From IMG/VR virus record IMGVR_UViG_3300027743_000027, positions 6,160 through 70,159 of that record: a DNA stretch of 64,000 nucleotides; one strand, given 5' to 3'. The position numbers and the translations under genes were made by a program. Below the pieces are notes generated by a model, which was not told the origin of the DNA, searched no databases, and saw only the letters and a program-made list of their open reading frames with translations. This document shows, piece after piece, positions 18,376 to 28,366 of this stretch (position 1 is the stretch's first letter; each line of letters opens with the position of its first letter). This DNA comes from a virus.

Positions 18376-18821
18376 CGATGAACACCCGGCCCGTCGATCC
18401 GACGCTGCTGATCGCGGGCTTCCGAGGCGCCTTCTACTGGGACGGCCAGCCGTTCGGCGCCACAAGTGCCTGGGAGATTCAGGAGAACTACAGCAACAGC
18501 GACACGCAGCCAGTCGGGGTGATCGCGCCCATCCCGGTCCTGCAGAGTGTCACCTTCACGCTGACGTTCACCGAGATCACCATCGACGACACCCTGCCTG
18601 TCGAGCGCCTGCGGATGCTGAAGTCGGTCGCGCAACCCAACTTCAGGTTCGTTGGCGAGGTCTTCCGTCCCGATGGGTCGGTTGGCCGCTACATCTGCGA
18701 CAAGTGCGTGCCTGACGGCGCCTTCCGCCTGGCGGCGGTCAGCCCGGGCGACACCATGACTCGCGACCACAGCTACCGCGTCCTCGAGATCCCGGACATC
18801 GACGCGGCACTCGGCGCGTAA
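18372..18821 (+). CDS. Tail tube protein (XkdM-like)
   Basis: 149 aa after the sheath; GFRGAFY.DG...VTFTLTFTE...F.F.G..RPDG...CVPDG. Confidence 0.85.
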   Translation: MTMNTRPVDPTLLIAGFRGAFYWDGQPFGATSAWEIQENYSNSDTQPVGVIAPIPVLQSVTFTLTFTEITIDDTLPVERLRMLKSVAQPNFRFVGEVFRPDGSVGRYICDKCVPDGAFRLAAVSPGDTMTRDHSYRVLEIPDIDAALGA

Positions 18822-18840
18822 GCGCCCACAAGGTCTTCCA

Positions 18841-19506
18841 ATGCAGCAGCAGCCTATCGTCCACATTCCCGAGAGCGACCTGCCGAGCAACGGCATCACC
18901 CACCTCGAGGAGGAACTCGAGGTCAAGCCCGCGGTCCTGCACACGCCCGAGGACGGCAGCACGCCACCGCGCACGGCCGAGCAGGAGCGGGCGTTCTACC
19001 AGGCAGCCGAGCCCGACATCCTGGCCGGGCTCTTCGGCGCCATCGAGGAAGCGCAGGTGGCGGTCGCGGTGGCAACCTTCCCGAGGTTCCAGTTCCCACT
19101 GAGCCGCCCGGACGGCACCTACGTGACGGACGCGCAGGGCGAACGGGTGACCGAGCCCATGCGCGTCCGCTTCCTGAAACAGAATGACGCCGACATCGAG
19201 GCCGCCACGCGGCGCGGCACGACCTGGGTGCCCAACCCGGACATCCCCGGCGGGCCACGCGTCGAGCGCGTCAACCAGGCCCGGATGCGCGCCTGGGTGA
19301 TCTACAACGCGACCGTGCCCGAGGACAAGGCCAAGTACTGGGACCGCAAGGAACTGGTGCAGAAGCTGCGCGCAGGCAACGGCGTCGAGGTCATCGAGGC
19401 GATGCTCGACGCGGGCGAGAAGCTGCAGGCTGTCAACGTCATCTACGGCCACTCGGGGCTGATGACGCGCAGCGAGTCCGAGGCCGAGCAGGTCGCAAAA
19501 CCATAA
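18841..19506 (+). CDS. Tail assembly chaperone G (XkdN-like)
   Basis: Between tube and tape measure; IYNATVPED...W...L.AGEK motif. Confidence 0.8.
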   Translation: MQQQPIVHIPESDLPSNGITHLEEELEVKPAVLHTPEDGSTPPRTAEQERAFYQAAEPDILAGLFGAIEEAQVAVAVATFPRFQFPLSRPDGTYVTDAQGERVTEPMRVRFLKQNDADIEAATRRGTTWVPNPDIPGGPRVERVNQARMRAWVIYNATVPEDKAKYWDRKELVQKLRAGNGVEVIEAMLDAGEKLQAVNVIYGHSGLMTRSESEAEQVAKP

Positions 19507-19742
19507 GGTTCGGCGGGCGCCGCCTGACGCTCTATCACCGCCTCTGGCAGAAGCATCACCTCACACCATGCCAGTACGAGGGTCGGGCGTCAGCCGCCGA
19601 GCCGATGTGCCGGGGGTGTCGCGTGTTCATTTACGCCAGTGAGCTAGAGAGCGGCCGCCAGGAGTCCGAGCAACTCGAGCACCTGCGGCGGCAGCAGACG
19701 GCCGCTGGCCAGGCGCCACCTGCGCGCCCGAGGCGGCACTAG
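19495..19742 (+). other. Programmed -1 frameshift site GCAAAAC and GT chaperone extension
   Basis: GCA AAA CCA TAA; the -1 frame (ACC at 19500) runs 80 codons, TIRFGGRRLTLYHRLWQKHHLTP...RVFIYAS..., to TAG 19742, which abuts the tape measure start. Confidence 0.75.
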
Positions 19743-22688
19743 GTGGCCGCCAACCAGATCTACCACGAGGTCATTCAGGTCGAGGTCCGCGACCAGTCGC
19801 AGGCCGCGCTGAACACCGTCCAGAAGAACGTCCAGAAGACCGAGGCCGACCTCAACCGCATCAGCAAGGCGCCCTTCAACGTCGTCGTCAAGGTCACCGA
19901 CATGCTGACGCGGCCGCTGATGAGCATGGTCAACAGCGCCGTCGCCCTGGCCCGGCGCGGTGCGCAGGTGCCCGTGACGATGCTGGATCGGTTTAGCCAG
20001 CCGTTCCACAACATGCTCAACAACATGCGCGGTGCGGGCAACCAGATCCTGCAGGGCGTCGGGCAGGGCATCGGCTCGATGGCCTTCAGCCTGATCGCGC
20101 AGGGCGCGGGCATGGTCCAGGGCGCGATTCTGGGCATGAACAGCAGCCTCGAGACGAGCCAGATGCAGTTCGAGACGCTGATGGGCGATGCCGACGCGGC
20201 GCGGACGCACGTGGCCGACCTGTTCGAGTTCGCCAAGAAGACGCCCTTCGAGTCTGAGCCCGTCATCGCCGCTGCGCGCACGCTGCGCACCTTCGGCGGC
20301 GGCGCGCTCGACACGATGGAGAACATGACCATGTTCGGCAATGCCGCCGCGGGCACCTCGAGCGACATCAAGGAGGTGTCGTTCTGGTTCGGCCGCGCCT
20401 ACGCCGCGATCCAGGCAGGTCAGCCCTTTGGCGAGGCGCGCATGCGCCTGCAGGAGCTAGCCATTCTGAGCCCGCAGGCGGCGGCCAAGATCGAGGCGCT
20501 CGAGAAGGCAGGCAAGAAGGGCGACGAGGTCTGGAAGGCCATGACGGCCGATCTGGGCCGCTTCAACGGCGCGATGGACAAGCAGGCCACGACGTGGACG
20601 GGCCTGACCAGCACGCTCAGCGACGTCATCAAGATCACGTCGGCCAAGATGTTCGAGCCGTTCTTCAAGACGGCCAAGCGCTGGGCGGGCGCGCTCAACG
20701 ACATGCTGGCGACCGAGCAGTTCGAAGAGTGGGCCAAGGGCGCGGGCGATGCCGTCAACAAGTTCGTCGAGGACGCGGCCGACCTGTTCGGCACGGCGGT
20801 CGACGCCGTCAAGGCGCTGCAGAAGGCCTTCGACGATACGCCCGGCGCCATCGGCGTGATCCACGACCTGATCCGCAAGACCTTCGGTGACAGCGTCGCC
20901 AACTTCCTGCAGCCGTTCCTCGACAGGTTCATGCGGCTGATCCCGACGCTCAAAGAGGTCGGCAAGTGGCTGGGCTTCGCCTTCCAAGATCTGCAGAAGG
21001 GCAACCTGCGCAACGCGGTGATCTCGCTGGGCGCGGCCTTCACCACGCTCACGGGCATGGACGTGACGGGCCTGACCAGCTTCATCAACGACATCGCCGG
21101 GCCCGCGGTCGGCAACGCGCTGAACTGGATGGCGACGACCGCCTGGCCCGCGATCCAAGAGGCGATGGGCGCGGTCATGAGCTTCATCGTCCGCGAGGTC
21201 ATCCCCAAGCTCGGGGAGCTGTGGTCGTGGGTGGGCGAGAAGAGCCAGGCGGCCTGGCACTGGTTCACGCAGGAAGCCTGGCCCGCGGTCATGCAAATCC
21301 TGCAGCAGGTCAAAGACTTTATCGAGTCGCAAGTACTGCCCCGGCTGCGCGACCTGGCCGCCGCGCTCAAGCCGCTGCTCGAGGAAGCCTGGAAGGCGGC
21401 GCAGAAGGCCGCGCAGTCCTTCTACGACACGGTCACCACCGGGCAGCCCGCGGTCGAGCAGGCGCAACGCGACTTCGGCGTCCTGGCGATTGTGCTGAAC
21501 CCGCTGGCAGGCATCGCCGCCGAACTGAACGGCATCTGGGGCGAGATGGGCCGCCTGTGGGAGAAGATGCGTGACCCGCTGGCTGGCCTGGTCGACTGGC
21601 TGACGCAGTTCAAGGATCAGGCCTGGCTGCTGCTGGCCGTGCCGCTCGGGCCGTTCGTCCTGCAGGTGGTCGGCATCCTGAACACGCTGTGGGCCGCGCT
21701 GAAGGTCGTCCACGGCGCGCTGTTCAACCTGAACAACCTGCTCGAGGCCGCGAGCCCGCTATGGGACGCCGTGACGGCCGCCATCGGCCGCTTCTTCGAC
21801 ATGGTCGGCACCACGATCAGCAAGATCCGCCAGGCGGGCGCGGACATCATCGGCGGCCTGATCTCGGGCATGAGCAGCGTCAACCTCGAGGCCTGGATTC
21901 GGTCCAACGTCACCGACAAGATCCCCGAGTTCATCAAGAACGCGCTGGGCATCCACTCGCCCTCGACGGTCATGATGGAGATCGGCTCGAGCCTGATGGG
22001 CGGCCTGATCAGCGGCCTCGAGGCGCGCATGCCCGAGATCATGTCGTTCATGTCGGGCCTGTCGAACGTCTTCGGCGGCAGCGACGTCGGCGGCTGGATC
22101 GACGCGGCCATCCGCGCCACGGGCGTGCCCGCAAGCTGGGCCGGGCCGCTCAGCCAGATCATCCAGCACGAGTCGGGCGGCAATCCGCTGGCGGCCAACA
22201 TGACCGACGTCAACGCCCAGGCAGGCAACGCCAGCGTCGGTCTGATGCAGCTAACGGGCAGCAACCGCGCCGCCTACACGCCGCCGGGCCTCGACCCGAT
22301 GGACCCCATCGCGCAGATCATCGCTGGCATCCGCTACATCCAGAGCCGCTACGGCGACATCGCGGCGGTGCCAGGTGTACGTTCACTCGCCGCGGGCGGC
22401 GCCTACCAGCCCTACGACAGCGGTGGCGTGCTGCCACCGGGCCTGACGCTGGCCGCCAACGGCACGGGCAGCAACGAGTTCGTCCTGACGCCCGGCCAGC
22501 TACGCGGCCTGGGCGGCGGCGTGGTCTTCGCGCCCGTCTTCGAGATCCACGCCGAGGGTGCGGCGCCCGGTGTGGGCGAGGAGATCACCGCCGCGCTCGA
22601 GGCCGAGAGCAATCGCCTCTTCAGTCTCCTGGGCAGCCAGCTACGGCTGGCGTTCGGCAACCTGGCGCTCGAGGGCGGGGCCACATGA
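19743..22688 (+). CDS. Tape measure protein with C-terminal SLT lytic transglycosylase
   Basis: Tape-measure motif FETLMG..A...LFEFAKKTPFE; Trp-spaced helical repeats; IIQHESGGNP...SVGLMQ...IRYIQSRYG. Confidence 0.93.
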   Translation: MAANQIYHEVIQVEVRDQSQAALNTVQKNVQKTEADLNRISKAPFNVVVKVTDMLTRPLMSMVNSAVALARRGAQVPVTMLDRFSQPFHNMLNNMRGAGNQILQGVGQGIGSMAFSLIAQGAGMVQGAILGMNSSLETSQMQFETLMGDADAARTHVADLFEFAKKTPFESEPVIAAARTLRTFGGGALDTMENMTMFGNAAAGTSSDIKEVSFWFGRAYAAIQAGQPFGEARMRLQELAILSPQAAAKIEALEKAGKKGDEVWKAMTADLGRFNGAMDKQATTWTGLTSTLSDVIKITSAKMFEPFFKTAKRWAGALNDMLATEQFEEWAKGAGDAVNKFVEDAADLFGTAVDAVKALQKAFDDTPGAIGVIHDLIRKTFGDSVANFLQPFLDRFMRLIPTLKEVGKWLGFAFQDLQKGNLRNAVISLGAAFTTLTGMDVTGLTSFINDIAGPAVGNALNWMATTAWPAIQEAMGAVMSFIVREVIPKLGELWSWVGEKSQAAWHWFTQEAWPAVMQILQQVKDFIESQVLPRLRDLAAALKPLLEEAWKAAQKAAQSFYDTVTTGQPAVEQAQRDFGVLAIVLNPLAGIAAELNGIWGEMGRLWEKMRDPLAGLVDWLTQFKDQAWLLLAVPLGPFVLQVVGILNTLWAALKVVHGALFNLNNLLEAASPLWDAVTAAIGRFFDMVGTTISKIRQAGADIIGGLISGMSSVNLEAWIRSNVTDKIPEFIKNALGIHSPSTVMMEIGSSLMGGLISGLEARMPEIMSFMSGLSNVFGGSDVGGWIDAAIRATGVPASWAGPLSQIIQHESGGNPLAANMTDVNAQAGNASVGLMQLTGSNRAAYTPPGLDPMDPIAQIIAGIRYIQSRYGDIAAVPGVRSLAAGGAYQPYDSGGVLPPGLTLAANGTGSNEFVLTPGQLRGLGGGVVFAPVFEIHAEGAAPGVGEEITAALEAESNRLFSLLGSQLRLAFGNLALEGGAT

Positions 22689-23446
22689 TCGAGTTCATCC
22701 TGCGCGGGCCCGACGACCCGGGTGGCGTCAACGCGCTGATCCTGCCATCCAACCCGACCGAGTTCACCGTGCTCAGCGCGCCGAACTTCACCACGGTCAA
22801 CATCGACGGCCTGGGCGAGGTCCGCCTGCCGAACGGCCGCGCCAGCACGACCTACGCCTGGGATGCGACCTTCTATGGCCCGGCCCGCGTGGCGCTGACG
22901 CCGCTGATCAGGAACTGGCGGCCGCCTGTCGACATCGTCGCGCAGATCGACAACTGGGTCGACCAGCAGGTGCGGCAGCGGCGCACGCTGAGCCTGGTCA
23001 TCAGCGATTCGAACGTCAACAAGGACGTCTGGATCGCCCGCTGGTCCTACAAGCCCACGGGCGGCTTCGGTGACATCGCCTACTCGCTCGAGCTAGTCGA
23101 GGCGCGGACCATCCAGATCAGCATCGACGGCGACGCCGCGGGCACGATCAGCGGTGGTGTCTCGAGCGAGGGTCCAACGCCCGACGACGGCGGCGAGACG
23201 GCGCCCACGCCGAGCACGTGGATCGTCCAGCAAGGCGACTACCTGATCAAGATCGCCAAGGCGGTCTACGGCGACTCGAGCCGCTGGCGCGAGATCTACG
23301 ACGCCAACAAGGAACTCATCGGCAGCAACCCCGACCTGATCCACCCCGGCATGGAGCTACAGATCCCGGGTGGCCAGCGCGCCGACGTCGAGCCCTCGAC
23401 CGACGAGCTTGGGCCCGCCAACGATGTCTTCGTCGAGGCCGCCTGA
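22685..23446 (+). CDS. LysM-containing tail tube initiator (XkdP-like)
   Basis: LPSNPTEF, GDIAYSLELVE; LysM WIVQQGDYLIKIAKAVYGDSSRWREIYDANK..IGSNPDLIHPGMELQIP. Confidence 0.9.
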   Translation: MIEFILRGPDDPGGVNALILPSNPTEFTVLSAPNFTTVNIDGLGEVRLPNGRASTTYAWDATFYGPARVALTPLIRNWRPPVDIVAQIDNWVDQQVRQRRTLSLVISDSNVNKDVWIARWSYKPTGGFGDIAYSLELVEARTIQISIDGDAAGTISGGVSSEGPTPDDGGETAPTPSTWIVQQGDYLIKIAKAVYGDSSRWREIYDANKELIGSNPDLIHPGMELQIPGGQRADVEPSTDELGPANDVFVEAA

Positions 23447-25116
23447 TGTCGGTCGTGCCCGAGGAGATCCTGGCGCTGCTCGACCGGGCCACCGAGGCCG
23501 ACGTCGCGCCGTCGGTCAACCTGGCGCGACCAACGCTCGAGGATCTGTCGTCGACGCGTTACAGCCTGGCGCTGAGCAGCCCCACCGACGCCAAGCTGCG
23601 CCACATCCCGTTCGTCTCGCTCAGCTTCGAACAGCAGGAGGGCGAGGTCGCCTCGCGGGTCAGCGCAGGCATCCCGGACGTCGACAGCGATCTGGGCCCG
23701 CTCTGGGAACTGTGCACGATGGGCACGCCGCTGTGGCTGCTGGCGGGCCAGAGCACGCTGGTCGAGATGTTTCGCGGCACGATCATGGAGGTGGGCGACC
23801 GCACCACCAACGGCGCCAGCTTTGGCATCGTCGCCTACGACGGCCTGCACAATGCCCTGCGCAGCAAGTACGACCTGATCTTCGGCCCTGACACCACGCT
23901 GACCGAGGTCATCCGCGCCTACGCCGCCAAGGCCACCATCGAGCTTGGCTACATCGAGGAGCCGGGCGTCAAGCTGGGCGTGCTGACGATGCGCCAGGAC
24001 ACGATGATCGACGGCCTGACCAAGGCGCTCAACCGGGTCGCCGTCCTGGGCGGCGGCTCGCTCAAGCTGCGCGCCGTCCAGGGCAAGCTCGAGTGCATCC
24101 GCCCGGCCAGCAACCCCGTCATATACCACTTCCGCACGGGCGGTGTGGCGGTCAACACCACGATCAAGGGCTCGATCAGCGATCTGATCAACACCGTGCA
24201 GGTGGTCGCGACGGTGCCTGGCAGCGACGAAGACGACGAGAACGCGCAGGTGCAGGTCATCAAGACCCTCTCGAGCGACGCGGGCTTCACGGGCGCGCAG
24301 GAGATGGTCTACAGCGCAGAGGCCGACTCGCACGAGGCGGCGCGGCTCGAGGCCGAGAGCATCCTGGCCGAGAAGGGTTTCCCGACGTGGACCTACTCGC
24401 ACACGGGCTTCGCGGTGCCTGGGGTCTACAAGTGGGAGCGGGTGCACATCACTGACGGCATCGTCGACAACCACTTCATCGTCGCGGGCCTGAGCATGGA
24501 CCTCGTCGGCCGCACGATGCAGATGAGCCTGACGACGACCGAGGAGATCGCTCGCAAGACGCGCCAGACCGCGCTCGAGGCGGCGCTCGCGGACCTGAAG
24601 CAGACGAGTGCCAGCACGGGCACGGCGAGCACGGGCACCACCGCGGGCGCGACGCTACTGAAGCAGATCGCCAAGCCTGTCATGGGCCTGGCCTACGTCG
24701 CTGGCGGCGCCGCGGGGCGGACCGACTTCAGCAAGGACATGCACCACGTCGGCACCGACTGCAGCGGCTTCGTCTCGTGGATGACGCGCCAGCTTGGCGG
24801 CACCACGGGCACGACCACCGACGCCATCGCGCAGGCCAGCGCGCTGATCCAGACCAACGGCACCGACCAGGCCATGCCGGGCGACTACATCCTGTACTGG
24901 GACGGCGGTGCCAGCCAGACAGGGATGGCCTACCCGCACGTGGCGATGTGGCTGGGCGGCGGCCAGGTGCTCGAGTCGGGCGGCAGCGTCAAGCCCTCGA
25001 GCATCGGCATCGGCTCGCTGCTGAACGGCTATAGCCGCTATGAGGTACGGCGCAACGACGCCGTCTTCAAGAAGGTCAACGCCACCCCCACCAAGACCTC
25101 GAGCAAGAAGGCCTGA
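23446..25116 (+). CDS. Baseplate hub (XkdQ-like) with C-terminal NlpC/P60 peptidase
   Basis: FRGTI...IVAYD hub motif; YVAGG...DCSGFVSW...PGD...HVAMWLGGG. Confidence 0.85.
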   Translation: MSVVPEEILALLDRATEADVAPSVNLARPTLEDLSSTRYSLALSSPTDAKLRHIPFVSLSFEQQEGEVASRVSAGIPDVDSDLGPLWELCTMGTPLWLLAGQSTLVEMFRGTIMEVGDRTTNGASFGIVAYDGLHNALRSKYDLIFGPDTTLTEVIRAYAAKATIELGYIEEPGVKLGVLTMRQDTMIDGLTKALNRVAVLGGGSLKLRAVQGKLECIRPASNPVIYHFRTGGVAVNTTIKGSISDLINTVQVVATVPGSDEDDENAQVQVIKTLSSDAGFTGAQEMVYSAEADSHEAARLEAESILAEKGFPTWTYSHTGFAVPGVYKWERVHITDGIVDNHFIVAGLSMDLVGRTMQMSLTTTEEIARKTRQTALEAALADLKQTSASTGTASTGTTAGATLLKQIAKPVMGLAYVAGGAAGRTDFSKDMHHVGTDCSGFVSWMTRQLGGTTGTTTDAIAQASALIQTNGTDQAMPGDYILYWDGGASQTGMAYPHVAMWLGGGQVLESGGSVKPSSIGIGSLLNGYSRYEVRRNDAVFKKVNATPTKTSSKKA

Positions 25117-26303
25117 TGGTCGGCCGTCTCGACGGCGCCTCGAGCGTCGCGGTGGCCGTCCGCGATTTCCTGGCCGCGACGCGCTCGGGCGACATGCCGG
25201 GCTACGAGCGCGGCGTGGTCAACAGCGACGGCTCGCTGCAGCCCGATAGCTGGACCGGGCCACCGTTTGCGCCACCGGGCGAGGGCGGCGGCCAGGTGCT
25301 CGAGTTCCTGCTGGGCACGCCGCTCGACGAGGGCTACACCGAGACGGCGCTGATCGGCATCACCATCGACGGCACCAGCGTCGAGCACAGCCATCACCAC
25401 AATGGCCTGCTGCCCGGCGACCGGGTGATGCTCATCTGGCTCAACCACGGCTCGCCCACGGCGCAGCCCGTGGTCATCCAGAATCTGAGTGGCCAGCCTG
25501 GCTCGGGCACCCAGCCGAACGGCGGCGAGCCCGGGCCACCTGGGCCGACCGGGCCGCCTGGACCTGCGGGGCCTGCAGGCACACCAGGCGCGCCCGGTCC
25601 GACAGGCGCCAAGGGCGATACGGGCGCCACGGGTCCGCCCGGCTCGACTGGACCCGCAGGCGAGGACGGTCCCGCTGGACCACGTGGCAATCCAGGGCCA
25701 ACGGGTGCGACAGGCGCTGTCGGGCCGCCGGGCGCGACCGGGCCGCAGGGTGCTCCTGGCCCGGTCGGCCCCGTTGGTCCGCCAGGCACGCCTGGTCCGA
25801 GTGCCACCTGGCGCGGCGCCTGGTCCGCCGTGACCGACTACGTCATCTGGGACGCGGTCGACTACCAGGGCTCGAGCTACATGGCCTCTGCCGACCCGGC
25901 CGTCGGCACCTCGCCGCTGGTCTACCCGTGGGTGCTGATCGCCGCTCGCGGCGCGCAAGGCCCGGCAGGCACCGCGGGTACGGGCGCAGGCGTCCACGAG
26001 GAGTTCCTGCCCGCGGCGGCGGCCACCTTCGTCGACCTGGCGCAAGCGCCCGCGGTGCTGCTGACCGTCGCTCGAGCGGGCGTGGTCCAGAGCCAGGTCA
26101 ACGGCGACTACTCGCTGAGCGGCCAGCGGGTGACGTTTGCGGATGCCTTCAACGGCAGCCAGCGGCTGGTCATCGCCTACCAGGCCGCGGGCACGGGCGG
26201 CGGCGGGCCGACCCCCGACTATGGCGTGGACTCCGACCTGCGCGCTTACATTCAGCGTGTCATGGCGGTCATCGACCCCGGCGGCGCACCGCCACCACCC
26301 TAA
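25116..26303 (+). CDS. Baseplate spike-like protein with a collagen (Gly-X-Y) segment
   Basis: L.PGDRV OB-fold motif; about 30 GXY triplets; WRGAWS..Y...DAV.YQGSSY module. Confidence 0.7.
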   Translation: MVGRLDGASSVAVAVRDFLAATRSGDMPGYERGVVNSDGSLQPDSWTGPPFAPPGEGGGQVLEFLLGTPLDEGYTETALIGITIDGTSVEHSHHHNGLLPGDRVMLIWLNHGSPTAQPVVIQNLSGQPGSGTQPNGGEPGPPGPTGPPGPAGPAGTPGAPGPTGAKGDTGATGPPGSTGPAGEDGPAGPRGNPGPTGATGAVGPPGATGPQGAPGPVGPVGPPGTPGPSATWRGAWSAVTDYVIWDAVDYQGSSYMASADPAVGTSPLVYPWVLIAARGAQGPAGTAGTGAGVHEEFLPAAAATFVDLAQAPAVLLTVARAGVVQSQVNGDYSLSGQRVTFADAFNGSQRLVIAYQAAGTGGGGPTPDYGVDSDLRAYIQRVMAVIDPGGAPPPP

Positions 26304-26317
26304 GGAGAAGCGAGACT

Positions 26318-26719
26318 ATGGCAGGCTCCAAGACCGACACGTTCGAGACGCGGCTGCTCAACCACATCTTCAAGGGTGGCGCCACGCCAGCCTTCACCGC
26401 GCTCTCAACGGTCTACATCGCGCTGATGACGACGGTGCCCAGCGACGCGAGCGCAGGCGTCGAGGTCTCGGGCTCGAGCTACGCTCGGGCGGCGGTCGCG
26501 GCGGCGGGCTGGACGTCACCGACCAATCAGGTCCAGAACAACGCCGAGGTCACCTTCCCGGCGGTTACCGGGTCGGCCTACACGGTCGTCGGCTGGGCCA
26601 TCTTCGACGCCAGCACCAGCGGCAACATGCTGTACTGGGGCGACACCACCTCGACGACGATGAACGTGGGCGACGTACCGCGCTTCGCGCCAAACGCCAT
26701 CACCGTCACTGAAGACTGA
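26318..26719 (+). CDS. Small virion/fibre subunit (133 aa)
   Basis: RBS AAGGAG; LLNH...YIAL.T..P.D...EVSGSSYAR...FP....DASTSGNML pattern common in phage fibre clusters. Confidence 0.75.
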   Translation: MAGSKTDTFETRLLNHIFKGGATPAFTALSTVYIALMTTVPSDASAGVEVSGSSYARAAVAAAGWTSPTNQVQNNAEVTFPAVTGSAYTVVGWAIFDASTSGNMLYWGDTTSTTMNVGDVPRFAPNAITVTED

Positions 26720-26720
26720 G

Positions 26721-27029
26721 GTGGCCTGGGCCGATCTGACACCGACGGCGGACGAGACCGTCCGCATCGAGCGCCAGGAGCCAGGCTACGTGCTCTACCA
26801 GTCCACCGATGGGCGGCGCTGGGAGGTGCGGGGCGTGTGTGATCGGCGCGGCGACTGTCTGATCGGCGCGGTCATCGCCACGCCCGAGGGCCTGGTCGAG
26901 ATCGAGTCCCTCGCGCACCTGGCCTGGCTGGTCGCGGAACTGGGCCGCGAGCGCATCGACGCGGAGATGGATGTGCCCGTCGGGCCTGGCTTCAGCGGCT
27001 GCTGCCCGCTCGAGGTCACCGAGTTGTAG
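26721..27029 (+). CDS. Hypothetical Cys-containing protein
   Basis: Fills the gap; CDRRGDC and CC motifs. Confidence 0.55.
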   Translation: MAWADLTPTADETVRIERQEPGYVLYQSTDGRRWEVRGVCDRRGDCLIGAVIATPEGLVEIESLAHLAWLVAELGRERIDAEMDVPVGPGFSGCCPLEVTEL

Positions 27030-28366
27030 TGCCCACCAAGTTCTACCTGCATCGCACGGCCAGCGAGGTCCAGCCGACGCTGCCTGCCACCAATGCCAGC
27101 GCGTCGACAACGACGCCGACGTGGACGCCTGGCGTTAGCAATGGGCAAGCCGCCACACCGCTGCTCTTCAACCGCACGATGAACACCACCATCGGCACGG
27201 TCGCCCAAACGAGCCTGGCGTATACAACGGCCAACAATACGCTGGACCAAAAGCAGCCGTTCCTCAGGTTCGTCAGCCCACCACTGGCGGCGCAGACCAT
27301 TGCGGCCCAGAGCATTTCGGTGCAGTACGGCTATTCAAATAGCAACACCGCCAGTTTCTTCCAGCCTACAAGCTTCGTCGGGGTGTGGCGGCCGTCAACA
27401 GGTGCGCTGGTCGGCACGTTAGCGACAGTCGGGCAGAACGTCGCAAATGCAGCCACGACGAGCCAAGGCTTTTCCAACAACAACATGACCTGTGCGGCGG
27501 TGACGTGCGCCGCTGGCGACGTCATCGTTGTGGAGATCTGGCGCTCCGCGTCGGTCCAGACGATGGGCACGGCCTACACCAACACCATCTTCTACGACGG
27601 CAGCGGCGGCGACTCCAGCACCACAAATATCTCCGCTTACCTCAACTTCGCCAACACCCTCACCCTGCAGACGCTGCCAGCCGAGATCACCTTCCGGGCA
27701 GCGGTCGGCACGCAGGCCAACGCTGGGGCTTTCACGCTCGCCTTGCCACCAGGCACGACCGACGGTGACTTTCTGGTCGTTTGGGCTGAGTCTAGCTCTG
27801 CCGTCTCTTCGACGGGCCCGCTCACTGCCCCGGCCGGGTGGATTAAGGGCACGACGTTCAGCCCCAACGGAACAAGCGGCTTCTGTTGCTTCTACTGGGC
27901 ACCATACAGCGCTGCCTTGTCGCGGGCGTTCATGAACAATGGCTCTAGCTCGTGGTGCGTCGGGGCGTATTACAAGACAGGCGAAGTCTTGGATGTGGAC
28001 GGCGCCGCAGTTGCGACGTATGTCACGTCCAACACAACGACGGTCACTATCGGGCAGCCAACGACGACTGGCGCAGGCCGCTATGAGGTCGTGGGTATCA
28101 GCCATCCCGCGACAGGCACCCTGAACACCACGGCGACGGTGAGCCTTGACGCGGCGGGTACGTCTGGCATTCCAACGTCACAAAGCTGGCTTGGGCACTA
28201 CTTGGTGCATCCCTTGGGCGCGAGCGTCACCTGCCCCGCCCACAACTTCAATTTTACGGCCAATATCGCCAACAAGACCGGGGCGGGGTTGCTGCTGAAG
28301 GCCGCGCCATCCATCAGCGAGCCAGACAACGCGCTGGCCGGGCCCGTGGACAACTTCGAGGCCTAG
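27029..28366 (+). CDS. Thr/Ala-rich virion fibre protein
   Basis: Beta-rich, 445 aa, within the fibre cluster; locally lower GC. Confidence 0.7.
   Translation: MPTKFYLHRTASEVQPTLPATNASASTTTPTWTPGVSNGQAATPLLFNRTMNTTIGTVAQTSLAYTTANNTLDQKQPFLRFVSPPLAAQTIAAQSISVQYGYSNSNTASFFQPTSFVGVWRPSTGALVGTLATVGQNVANAATTSQGFSNNNMTCAAVTCAAGDVIVVEIWRSASVQTMGTAYTNTIFYDGSGGDSSTTNISAYLNFANTLTLQTLPAEITFRAAVGTQANAGAFTLALPPGTTDGDFLVVWAESSSAVSSTGPLTAPAGWIKGTTFSPNGTSGFCCFYWAPYSAALSRAFMNNGSSSWCVGAYYKTGEVLDVDGAAVATYVTSNTTTVTIGQPTTTGAGRYEVVGISHPATGTLNTTATVSLDAAGTSGIPTSQSWLGHYLVHPLGASVTCPAHNFNFTANIANKTGAGLLLKAAPSISEPDNALAGPVDNFEA

Noticed and set aside
25520-25800. GC-rich 9-bp periodicity
   Set aside because: Explained by collagen Gly-X-Y coding.
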